Shown here: positions 1-10,844 of the stretch, piece after piece | Layout of the letters: every line of letters begins with the position of its first letter | Numbering within the stretch: position 1 is the stretch's first letter | Made by a program: the position numbers and the translations under genes | Notes under the pieces: model-generated | Told to the model about the DNA's origin: nothing | The model's input: only the letters and a program-made list of their open reading frames with translations | Databases searched by the model: none | Assembly: GCA_000320545.1 (NCBI GenBank) | Contig: ADNK01000210.1 | Location: 1-56,097 of the forward strand | From: Bigelowiella natans CCMP2755 | Lineage: Eukaryota; Protista; Cercozoa | Direction of reading: 5' to 3' | DNA length: 56,097 nt

Positions 1-361
1 GTAGCGTTGAGGCTTGTTGCTCTTAACTACCCAAGTTTCACTTGGGAGGAAAAAAATCAGAAGAATCAATTATTTGAGAACTTTTAATTCTATGCGCACT
101 AGGTCTTCCGTCAGTATCCTCTCTTCCCCTTCCCGATGTTGGTCCCCCACCCCCTCGCCCTAGAATCACGTTTTGGCCAAACACCTGGATTATGCGGCAG
201 ATCTCTATCTTCTCTCTCGTCACCCTGCGCAACAGCAACAACAATAACAAGAAGAAGAAGTCGTCGAGAGAAGAAATCATCGATGCAAAAGGGTGATGAG
301 AACAGCACATAACTGTAGCCAATGCATTCTCCATCTCTGCACACCATCAAGTCATTACAAT

Positions 362-393
<32 letters not shown>

Positions 394-761
394 ATGGTCT
401 TCTTCATATACACGCTTTCCCCTAACATTTAGCATGTTTCATCGTTGCGCCGTGACCGACCCGTTCTTACGTAGTTCTTCGATCTGCGGTATGTGCTCCA
501 TGCTAGATCCCCGAGACATCACACCTGAGGGACAGACAGAGAGAACAAACGGCGTGAGAGGAAAGGCTCATGACACGGCGAGAAAGGCTGGCGATTTTTA
601 TCTTATAAAGATCCAGAATAAATCCCCTCTCTTAATCTTTGTTGCTGCTGATGCGTCGTCATCGCTGCCCGCCCCACCGACCCTGCCTCACGCCAGGAAG
701 GCTTTTCAAACGCAGAGGCTCATCATCATTCTCACGGGCTGCATGGATACATATGACCCCC

Positions 762-804
<43 letters not shown>

Positions 805-1011
805 GCACAAAGTTATATGTAATCCCTACGGGATTTTATCTAATCCGACCTGCAATGCCACCCCAGTTTCTCAAGTCCATAAACCTGTGGAAGGGGGGGG
901 GGGTAGATGGATGAATATACAGGTGCAAGAAAACTATAATAGAATCTCTATCTCCATTTCAAAAGCCCCCCCCTCCCCGCTGATCCCTATTGCAGGTGCC
1001 TCTGCTGACTC

Positions 1012-1548
1012 ACCTGTGCTTCATGAGCTCTAAGGAGGTCGGCCTTTGCTTTGGGTCCTGTGATAATCAACAACGTGCAATACAAGAAGAAAGAGGGATT
1101 GGGGGAGGGGATGGATTTTCGGCTTAAACGAAGGCCTTCTCAACTTCACCATCGAAAGATGCTCTCAGGGAGGTTAGGAGGAGGAGGAGGAGGAGGAGGA
1201 GGAGAAGGGGAGAACAACGCCCACCTTTATCAGGCACTGGGAGAGGAAATCCTTGAATGCGCCTGACCAGTGATGCTCCTCGGTGTCAGCAAGCGTAGGC
1301 GGCGGCGACATAACACGCGTCCATGCAATCTTCCACACAGGCTTCCCTGCATCAGGAACCGTGCCTGTCGCTAGCTGTAGCGCGCATAGGCCCAGGGACC
1401 AGATGTCTCCCTCTGTGTGTGCATCGCCATGTGCGATCGATCAGTGTTTGATGATTCCATCGTCATCGTCATCAACAACAACAACATCAGCAGCAGCACG
1501 AGGAGGAGGCAGGCTGAGATGATGGTGGCGTGTTGTATATATGATATA

Positions 1549-1592
<44 letters not shown>

Positions 1593-1724
1593 AATTATTA
1601 TTATTTTGAATGCATATCAATAGTGCAATGCCACGACTTGAATCATAGGCGTTTCCCTTGAAACCTTCCGGCGGCGTCCACAGCGGGTTGTGGAACTCAA
1701 CCATCGTCTGCGACCTATCCGTTG

Positions 1725-1770
<46 letters not shown>

Positions 1771-3752
1771 CAAAATTGCCACTCAGAATGCCCTCAACTG
1801 CAATCGTCTACTATGGCGTTGTAGTTTTTTTTACCATGCCCGTCCGTCCCCCCCCCCCCACACTGGTACGTAGAAGCAGCACTACTACCTGCCCTTCCTT
1901 GATTTTCGATGCTTCAAAGGTACCCGCACCCACGGGTCTGTCAGCTGTGAGAACAACCAAAAAAACAACGTCAATATACTGTCTACGATGACGTGACACC
2001 ATGCCCAAAGCGTGCACAACAGAGTCGAGAGGCCGTTTTCGCGTTGTGCGTCGCTCTCCCTCCTCCTCCACTCCTCCCCTCCCCTCCCCTCGCACGCCGC
2101 TACCTTGACATCGAAATTCTCCGTGAGAAGGATGTTGGACGGTTTTACGCTTGTGTGCGTGAATTTATTCTTGTGCAGATGTGCCAAGGCCTGAGAAAGC
2201 AGGTGGGGGGGGGGAAGATATATATCTTTGGTCATCACTCTTCACTTCGTCGCCGCACACAGCACAGGCTATTGCGTCGCTGTTGATTCTCTTGTATACA
2301 TATATATTCGGCAACTTGCTACCTTGAGCGTTTCGTGGAGAATGTAGGCGATGTAGGCTTCCTTCAGCTGCCCATCGGAGAGCGCACGGAGACGCATCAC
2401 CGGGCTGAGGTTTGGCGACGACAATGAGCAAACCGAACAAAGGATTCACACACATCGCCCCGTAAGAAGAGATGAATGAGCTCACAGCATCATGACCAGT
2501 TTTGCAGAGCGAAGATCCGAAGGCATGCTTCAAAGAAAAAACAACAAACTCACCCCCCCTTGCAGAACTGTCTGGCCTTCCATATTCGACCTGAGAGAGA
2601 GAGAGAGAGGAGGAGGGATGGCGGGGGGGGGGGGGGTTCAAGGAGTACACAGTTATTATTCATTTTTTTTAATACTGGCCTCATCAGTAGGATTGCATGT
2701 TTTCCTATCCCCCCTCTCCCCACAGATAAAAGTAAAGCTGTAAGCGCACACTCAAGCATCCCCCCCAGCGGCATGATTATCATCACTGAGTCACTGACTA
2801 TGCCATATGATCAACCCATTACCTTGTCTATCAGGGCCCACCCATTTGGAGTACATCAGGTTTTCGTGTTGCCCGATTTTGTGCTGCATCATATTGTCCT
2901 TCTTCACCTGAGGGAGAAAGAGAGAGAGAGACAGATAGAGAGAGAACGAATGTTTAAATGACTGTCTACTCTCTCTCTCCCTCTCCCTCTCTTTCTCTCT
3001 CTCTGACGTAGATAAAAGAAGGGCAGTTTCCCATATATCCCTGGAAACAAGCGCAATCGAAAAAACGACGATAATGTGTTTCAATGCTCTCTTGGCACCT
3101 GGCGACGGAAAGCTTTCATGTACGATTTCTTAACCACCTGAAAATTGAAGAAGGCAACAAAATCGCAGGCATGTCTATCTGTCTGTCTGTCTGTCTGTTT
3201 GTGCTCTTGGGTTCATGCACGTGTGCATTCAGAGCACTCGTGGAGATGGGAGGGGGTCACCTTGACTATAGCTTCAATCGGCACTGAGGAGTCTTTGAGC
3301 ATCGCGTGATACGAATCGAAGTGGGCAGTGCTTTGGAGCTACGTGGATTAGCCATGCATTTGATTGGTTAAGGCTCAATATTGTGTCACTCAGCGATACG
3401 TCAACGTTATCTAGTGCGGTCGCAGAAAGCATATACAAACAAATAAATCTTCTGTAGAGAGGAGGGGGGGAGCAGGGAGGGAGAAATATGCCCGCAGCTA
3501 CGACCACCCTCACACTATGTGCACTTTTCATTGATTTATTTTATTCATTTGTCGACGTGTGTGCGTATGTGGAAGTATACGAACTCTGCAAACTGTCTTT
3601 CTGCCCATGCCCTGCTCTCGCGCTCTCTGTCTTCGTGTTTTCTTACATGTTCAATCAGCTCGAAATCGTCGAGGCACTTTGGCATCTTGATCCGCACCTT
3701 GAGTCCATCCTTCGTCTCGATATCGGCGAAAGAGGGAGGTGACCTGTTCCTG
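1012..3752 (-). CDS. Multi-exon STE20/MAP4K/myosin-III-like protein kinase domain, probably a pseudokinase. The gene likely extends on both sides.
   Basis: Hand-spliced GT-AG exons: LDDFELIEH|LQSTAHFDSYHAMLKDSSVPIEAIVK|VVKKSYMKAFRRQ|VKKDNMMQHKIGQHENL..|GRIWKARQFCKGG|..LKEAYIAYILHETLK|ALAHLHKNKFTHTSVKPSNILLTENFDVK|LTDPW..|NPLWTPPE..|GDIWSLGLCALQLATG..FKDFLSQCLIK|DPKQRPTSLELMKH. Kinase subdomains occur in the correct order. Start and stop were not resolved. Confidence 0.8.
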
Positions 3753-5316
3753 TGAAACCAGTGTGGGTCAGTCTCTACAACAGTTGAATTAGAACTTATT
3801 CACAAACTTCCTCGAATCACACGTCCCCATTTCTTCAGCCGCCGCCGTCGGCTCCAAGTGGAAGCTAGTTGTCCGCTTGTCTTACTTTTTGCAAGCTTCA
3901 CTTTGAAACCAACTGAACGTGGGGGTATATTTGGGAAAGAATTAGCTGGGCTAAAAATAGGGCAAATGCAACAGTGCATGACAATTCGAGCGTGCAGACG
4001 CTTCAACTGTCCCAAAGGGAGGAGGAGGGGAAAGGGAGAATAGATACCATCTTCCCCACCAAAAAGTGGAATAGAAGACACCGGGCCTCAACATCGTACA
4101 TACACACGTGTTTAAAATTAGGAACACATTGCAAGAAGAGGTCGATCCCTCTCGATCACCATATCTAGTGTCTAGCCATATTTTGTGACAAATTATAGGT
4201 AGACGCTACGCACACGAGCTTACATCTATACACGGTCCATTGGTATTGAACAGGGGTGACTCATAGGTACATGATGGCTGACACAAACGGGGGAGAACGA
4301 GTTACCTCACTGGCACCATCGTCCGGCCGAAACACAAAAACGCAGTTTCAAGCCCAACTAGTCGGAAATGCTCATATACCGAAAAGTTAATGAGGCTCCA
4401 AATTGCTATGAGACATAATTTATCATTGTCGCAGAAGAAAAACATCAACTATTGCAACACTCTTATGGAGCCGTAGTCACTGTCGGTGGCCAAATTCTCA
4501 GTGCCGGCTTTTCCAGCGGCTCCCAATGTTCGTACAATTCTAGGCACTTTTGCCTCGGCGCCATTTCTGAATTTTTCAGATATTTCTTAGTGAGTCTATT
4601 TGAAGAATTTATGTTCTTTCGGCATTCAATAAAGGTGAGATTTCGTTTTTCTAGGCAACAAGTCGGGAAAGGAAAGGCAGGAGGACATCTCGAGATATGG
4701 GAAACCAAAAGCCGAGGATCTGCAAGATGTCTATGTCGCGCTGCCGCCCGAAAAAGAAGAGGGAAAATTACTCTCTTTGCCCGTTTACGACAATCCCTTT
4801 TATTGCCCCACCCATTCTTTTTTTTTTGGTATTCCAGATGGTGTAAGCCGAGTCCTTTTTGCACGAAAAAACTTCCTTTCTACGCAAAAGTTGGATTCGT
4901 AGAAGAACTCCGCGTGTCAAAAATTAAAGCTAACCTAACCGTCAGGTGCTCCTTTTTCTAATTTCGAGAAGAGAGAATCCAGGCGTTTTCTCGAGTTTTG
5001 TGTCGGAACTCAACGGCATTCATAAAATCTGTAGTTTTCCTTGTGAGCCTTCTTGCTGGAATCTTCTCCCGCATCTCCTATCTCGTTGATGACGTATTTT
5101 TTACTTTTTTAAAAAGCCATTTCCAGGTGTCGACGTAAAATTTCTCTTGTCGCCTATGCAGCTTCGTGTGTTTTTGGGAAAAAGAGAATCGGTATCGGGC
5201 TACGGGTCCCGATCTTCTTCTAACCCGAAGCCAACAAAACATTTCCGAAGAGGATCCATCGTCGAGACTATTCCAAGCGAGTCAGCTTTTATCATTGATC
5301 AATCGTCGCTTTGTTC

Positions 5317-6321
5317 ATGCGTGTCCTCTCCCTTGATCCCCGTCCTTCTGAGAGCTGGGTACCAAAGATTAGCCCGTTGGTTCCGCCAAAGGGTATTCGA
5401 TGGACTATGGGCTTGTACATAACATTAGTTCATCTGCTCGGCTTCGTCGGTCTTGCAAGATTATTCGAAGCACAATGGAAAACTTGCCTGTGGACTTTCG
5501 TGCTTTGGTTCGCCTCTTGCCTTGGGATTACTGCCGGTGCTCACCGCCTTTGGTCACACAGGTCTTACAAAGCGGGACTACCCCTGAGAATCTTCCTCAT
5601 GCTGTGCCAATCGTTGGCTAATCAAGGATCTATTTTGCATTGGGCTCGAGATCATCGAACTCATCACAAGCATTCGGAGACACCGGCAGATCCACACAAT
5701 GCAAAGCGTGGTTTCTTATTCGCACACATAGGATGGCTTTTTCTAAAGAAGGATCGACGAGTAATTAAGGCGGGTACCCTGATGAATCTGCAAGATCTCT
5801 ACGATGACCCCGTAGTGATGTTGCAGAAGCAAATGGATCCATGGCTTCAGTTGTTCATGTGCTTTGTAATGCCTGGCTGGGTAGCATACCTGGGGTGGGG
5901 AGAAAACTTCTGGATTGGGGCCTTCGTAGCTGGAGCTTTTCGCTATGTAGTAGCTCTGCATTGCACCTGGTTGGTGAACAGTGCTGCTCATATGTGGGGT
6001 TCGCGCCCATACGACCCTCAATCAAATCCTGCAGATAATGGTTTGGTGGCTATAGGGTCTATCGGCGAAGGTTGGCACAACTGGCATCATGCTTTCCCAT
6101 TCGATTATGCTGCTAGCGAACTTAACGTCATTGACCAGTGGAATCCTACAAAAGCTTTTATTGATGTATGCGTCTCCCTTGGTTTGGCGTACGATACAAA
6201 AAGGGCATTGAATCTGTGGAAGCTTCGCAAGAAAAGATCTGAAGACAAAGGGACTGCTACCGATATTTATGGGCCGAAGCTATTCAGGCATAGAAAGATT
6301 ACTCTACCAACCGAGGCTTAG
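5317..6321 (+). CDS. Delta-9 fatty acyl desaturase (stearoyl-CoA desaturase family), intronless
   Basis: Three His boxes (HRLWSH, HRTHH, HNWHH), plus GITAGAHRLW, DPHNAKRGF and GEGWHN motifs and hydrophobic segments. First ATG is at 5317. Confidence 0.95.
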   Translation: MRVLSLDPRPSESWVPKISPLVPPKGIRWTMGLYITLVHLLGFVGLARLFEAQWKTCLWTFVLWFASCLGITAGAHRLWSHRSYKAGLPLRIFLMLCQSLANQGSILHWARDHRTHHKHSETPADPHNAKRGFLFAHIGWLFLKKDRRVIKAGTLMNLQDLYDDPVVMLQKQMDPWLQLFMCFVMPGWVAYLGWGENFWIGAFVAGAFRYVVALHCTWLVNSAAHMWGSRPYDPQSNPADNGLVAIGSIGEGWHNWHHAFPFDYAASELNVIDQWNPTKAFIDVCVSLGLAYDTKRALNLWKLRKKRSEDKGTATDIYGPKLFRHRKITLPTEA

Positions 6322-6377
6322 ATATCGTAACTCAGAAGGAAATTTCATTTCGTTTCGATGCGACAAAAAGATCACAA

Positions 6378-6414
6378 ATGTGACACCATAGTGACACCGT
6401 CTATGGTGTCATAT
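6378..6414 (+). other. Stem-loop downstream of the desaturase stop codon
   Basis: atgtgacaccatag-(9 nt)-ctatggtgtcatat: a 14-bp stem with one G.T pair. Confidence 0.7.
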
Positions 6415-6419
6415 GCACA

Positions 6420-7140
6420 GCACACCTTCCTAATATGAAGTTGTGAAATCTCTACATATCTACAAAGCATGAAGGATGGAGTTGTCACATAATCACGGAT
6501 AGATAGCTAGATCCATGTGTAACAGAGGGTGATGTAGTCATGTGACATACTGATACAGCATAACCTGATTCTTCATTTTACATGTCTGAATGTGCGATGT
6601 AAATTCAATTTTACAACCATAGATGAAGCTGCAAAATATATAACATTGCGCACGAGTTGCACGCATGTGAGCATGCATGGAGTGTTGCGTGCTAGCGTGT
6701 GTATGTGACATGGTACGATGAGTTTGGCACAATCATTCGTTCGATTCTGCTCGTAGCTAGTACGTTAAGAAGCTAGTTGTCAGTGACTGGACACGGCCAT
6801 GAAAGCGAAGCATGCTAGCATGTCTAGATGTGTAGGGGTACACACTTGGATGATCAACTGCATGGCATGATGACGTCAGGTAGAGCACATGTCTTGACAT
6901 GCTAGCATGCACACGTGGCAAATAGATGCACATGTGAGCGCACACAATGAAGCACAAACGGGATGAATGGAACACACTCCTGCGCGTTGCATGAACGGAC
7001 ACAACAGTCACTTGCATCATTGTGCACTCCAATGGGCATAACGAAGAGCATCTGAACGCCCAATTTGCCTCCATTGCATCTACGTTCATCTACAGTGCGT
7101 GAAATGCATGCATGGATTTACACATGCATGTCTAGATGTC
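6420..7140. other. CA/TG/CATG-rich, TpA-poor tract in a convergent spacer
   Basis: Dense catg/tgca/gcatgc. In 6770-7140 most remaining TA sits in CTAG, TAG or CTA contexts. Confidence 0.7.
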
Positions 7141-7179
7141 TCGAATAGGAAATTTATTGAATTGAAGAAGACAATTACA

Positions 7180-8559
7180 TCATCGTATTTGACGAAGATG
7201 AGATACGGGAGATATTGTTCGTACTATAGTTGTGTGCACAGATGAGGCACAATCATCATCGCCATCCAATGTACTCAAATCGTCTCCGTGCAGTGAAAAT
7301 ATTGATCCTGACAGAGGCTCCTCGAAAGAACTCTTCTTCGAAGATTGCAATTCTTCTTGGATAATATTTACATAGCTTTCGAACATTTTAACTAGAGCGA
7401 GAATTCTAACGAACCGCTGTAATTTCTGTTTACCTAAGAATAGTTTGAACCTATTGATATGTGCAGCGTTGAATCTGTTGCTAGGAGTCGGACAAGACAA
7501 CCCCTGTACCCATGGATCTTTCAAGACCGCGTAAGCTGTTATGCGTTTCATTGGCTCAAGCACTAGCATACGCTTAATAAGCTTCTTCGCTCCTTCTGAT
7601 ATGTTCCTCCAGCATTTGTGGTTAAAGTTATAATTTCCCTTCATAATCTTACGATGGGTTTCAACTGCTGATTCCGATGTAAAAGGCCCCTCTCCAGCTA
7701 AGAGAGTGTAAAGAACTACACCTAAGCTCCATATGTCAACTGACTGTGTATACCTTTTTCCCCGAAGGATTTCCGGAGCGATATATTCTGACGTCCCGCA
7801 AGTTGTTTTTAAAAGACCAAATGCTGACTTGCGCATACTAGAAAGTCCAAAATCTGCTACCTTCACATTAGAATCTTTTTTATCAGAGGCATAAACTAAA
7901 TTTTCTGGTTTGAGATCACGATGAACAATTTTTTTGGAGTGTAAATAGTGCAATGCCTCTGCAATGTTCCGCATTGCGTGCGAAGCTTCAGCCTCGGAGT
8001 GTGATCCATTTGCAAGAATTCGATCAAACATCTCTCCACCAAGTAATAGCTCCATCACTAAAATGAGATGGTTATCTGTCTCATAAACTTCTTCTAAACG
8101 AACGCAGTTTGGATGATCAATGTGGCGCATGATATCAATTTCTTGTCTTAAGGCACGTAACCTTGCTTCATTTAACATAGTCTTTTTCACTATTTTGGCT
8201 GCAAACGCAATGCCATCAGATTTGCGAATTACTCGTTTAACCTTTCCAGTAGACCCGCAACCAAGTGTTGATTTAACAGAGTATCTGTTCTCAAACAGGT
8301 CTTTTCGGTGTCTCTTGCCGTCGCAATAATAGTGGGGAGCTGCTGCAAAAAATCCAGATTCTTTTGGTGTACAAGATGTCATTCGTGTCTTTGATCGAAC
8401 AGCTTTCTCTAGGTAAGCCATCGGAGGTGTGGAAGCATGCATTTTCGTTGTTCCTGCATGATAACTGCCATTCGAGTTCTCATTTGTATCTATCTGAAGC
8501 TTGGGGACATCAAGGTATTTACGATTCCTATCTCGGACAGAGGAATAGTCTATCCCCAT
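7180..8559 (-). CDS. Ca2+/calmodulin-dependent (CAMK1-like) Ser/Thr kinase, intronless
   Basis: 459-aa ORF with GCGSTG, AAK, HRDLKPEN, DFG, CGTSEYIAPE and DIWSLG motifs, followed by a basic amphipathic tail. Confidence 0.93.
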   Translation of the reverse strand: MGIDYSSVRDRNRKYLDVPKLQIDTNENSNGSYHAGTTKMHASTPPMAYLEKAVRSKTRMTSCTPKESGFFAAAPHYYCDGKRHRKDLFENRYSVKSTLGCGSTGKVKRVIRKSDGIAFAAKIVKKTMLNEARLRALRQEIDIMRHIDHPNCVRLEEVYETDNHLILVMELLLGGEMFDRILANGSHSEAEASHAMRNIAEALHYLHSKKIVHRDLKPENLVYASDKKDSNVKVADFGLSSMRKSAFGLLKTTCGTSEYIAPEILRGKRYTQSVDIWSLGVVLYTLLAGEGPFTSESAVETHRKIMKGNYNFNHKCWRNISEGAKKLIKRMLVLEPMKRITAYAVLKDPWVQGLSCPTPSNRFNAAHINRFKLFLGKQKLQRFVRILALVKMFESYVNIIQEELQSSKKSSFEEPLSGSIFSLHGDDLSTLDGDDDCASSVHTTIVRTISPVSHLRQIR

Positions 8560-9007
8560 ATTTATCTGTTGAACTGGTAATTATCGCGATACCTACCGGA
8601 CTGTGACTGCTTCTCCCTAGCCCAAAGCCCGAAAGCGTTTAGATAATGCGCAAGATAGCCTTCACCCACGATACGTACCTGAAAGCCGAGCTGCTCGGTC
8701 GCCTTGTACAGCACAAACTTCCTGCAAGTACACTTAGATCTATTCGAGCACGGAAGACTTTAAGTCGTCGTCGGCCACAAAACGGTCCCAAATCGGCTCT
8801 AGATACACGGAAATGACGGATTAACGTGGCTTTTCAATTGCACGACTCGAAAAGCAGGACGCTTCGGGACCCGACTGTAACTTCGTCATGATTTTTAGAG
8901 GCTCACTTGTCGCGGGTGAAAAACGACCGGTGCGAGCAAAATAGATGTTATTTCAGATCTACGCAATATGTTTTAAAACGGTTCAAAGTTCGAAGTCCTT
9001 GGAGCCA

Positions 9008-10166
9008 ATGGAAGTAAGTTCCTTTTATTGTGCAACTTTTCGCTCTACATTGTTAAATTGGAAACTGCGTGTTTCACACGCTATGTATTTGGATGTGTGT
9101 AAACCACCTCGCGTGCCAAAAGAAATATGGGCGATGGCAGGGCTAGACCGCTTAGTGACATGAGGCAGTTCAGTGTTGGTAAACAAAAGATTCTTCTTGT
9201 CGATAGCAAGTGGGCAGCTTCTCATTCTATAGAATTTGAAGCACTACAGCAGGGATCTTTCAGGATCCGAAGAGGAAGTTAGTTTAAAGTCACCCATACT
9301 ATTGGGTTATCTTCTTTTACCCTTCATATGAGTTGACAATAAATTTCAATGCAGACATAGGAGCTGATGTGATACTCCCTGGAAAGGCAACGATATCATT
9401 TTGTATTCGAAATGAATCCGATCTTGTATTTACAGCATGCAGAGATGCCATCACTAGCAGAATAAAGAAGATGAAGTCTAATTTCAAGAACTGTTTCTTC
9501 ATCTACACAGTGACGAAAATAGAATCAATTAGTTTTTTGGAAGACATAGAAAAAGAAGTTATAGTACATTCGATTCTTTGCAAGGTAGGTGATAAAGGAT
9601 TCAATTTGGTTTATCATGAGAGTGAAATTTGCATAAACAGCATCAAATGCACATTCCCAGTATGCTTAAGGTGAAGATTTTTTGGTCAAATGATACATGT
9701 ATTATAAACTAAATGCATTCTATTCGACGGTAGATTTTGTCCCAAGTTTTCACAGAAGAGAGGGAATATCAACAAAAAGAACAGCTTAAAAGGGTTCTTA
9801 AGTTTAAGAAATATGATTCATTCTTGAAACGTGAAGTAAATTCTGCAGCTTGTGAAATGTTTCACTTCGAAAAGAGTTGCCGAGAAGGTTCTAAGTGTCA
9901 TCGACGGTGCAGAGGATAAAGATGGAACAAACATGTAGACTGATAGAACATTGCATAACCCAGGAGATAGGAAAGAAGAATGCACACTTCCTTATCTTTA
10001 CTTGTGTATTTTTATTCATTTCGAAATCAGTGACCTTCTGCAATCTCAATTTGGGTCAATATCTACCATATCAAAGCTTTCAGCTGAGCAAATTTTGAGG
10101 GAAACTCCAATTCCAGCGTTGGCTGCAAACAGGATGTGCAGTCATCTAGCACGGCTTCAAAATTGA
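9008..10166 (+). CDS. ERCC1/ERCC4-fold protein with C-terminal helix-hairpin-helix, resembling PARTING DANCERS/SPO16 (FAAP24 is an alternative)
   Basis: Exon segments ADVILPGKATISFCI..ITSRIKKMKSNFKNCFFIY (within 9333-9674) and DLLQSQFGSISTISKLSAEQILRETPIPALAANRM (to stop at 10166), an HhH-like FGSI motif. Short introns. Start ATG GAA|gtaagt at 9008 is tentative. Confidence 0.55.
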
Positions 10167-10169
10167 CTT

Positions 10170-10844
10170 TGATGATGTGCCATTGCTTGCACAAGCATGG
10201 TGATTCATAAGCTTCAGGATGATTCAAATTTGATCTGAAAGACACATTGAGCTGACCTGTATTTCCAAACTTGTGCCGAAGCTTGAGTGAGCTTTGCACA
10301 CGCACGTGAATGATGCGCATGGGCGTGCAAATCTGCGCTCGCCTGTCTGTGCATGGTGGCTGTGATCTCCATCTCACGAGGTCATTTGATGCACAAGTTC
10401 AATCGTTGCGTGAGCTGCAAGCTAGCAAGTCACATCCATGACACAATCTGTAACTAGTCACGCTCAGATCACATGCACATGGAGATTGTGGCAATGATCT
10501 GAACTGGTCTAGTGAAATGTCACTGGCCATGCTAGCATTAGCATCTAGATGCCTGCTAGCCTGGATGACAAATTTCAAGGTGTGCTCATGATGGACACAG
10601 CTGCTGGGTGCACACCACACCCCACATTTCATTTCCCATCTGCATTCAGTAGCAAAAATTGCCAAAATGCGCAACATGAAAATTTGCCTACTGACGACCT
10701 ACTGCTGAACTGAATTGCTAGAATGACATGATGAAAATCACAGGCACATCCCATGTGTTTTGTGAAAACAATCTTTGTTGAAAATGACACAGCAAAATCC
10801 ACAGCAGAGCATCGCGCCTACATCCATCGCAGAATGTCATACTG
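10170..10844. other. CA/TG-rich, TpA-poor tract in a convergent spacer
   Basis: Hand count for 10171-10830: 15 TpA, of which 7 are in CTAG and 5 more in CTA or TAG. Confidence 0.8.
10687..10800 (+). repeat. Direct copy of repeat module 44222-44340
   Basis: Blocks actgctgaac..aattgc.agaatg..gacatg..aaaatca..ggcaca..atctttgt..aaaatgaca..gcaaaa are collinear in both copies. Confidence 0.8.

Noticed and set aside
293-1033. 246-aa + strand ORF and many similar ORFs with poly-I/V/S or YIYI/ERER runs
   Set aside because: They are translations of intronic microsatellites, mostly antisense to or out of frame with real exons.
1550-1766. Many dinucleotide repeats have similar lengths of about 35-45 bp
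   Set aside because: This may reflect assembly collapse of longer repeats and cannot be interpreted without reads.
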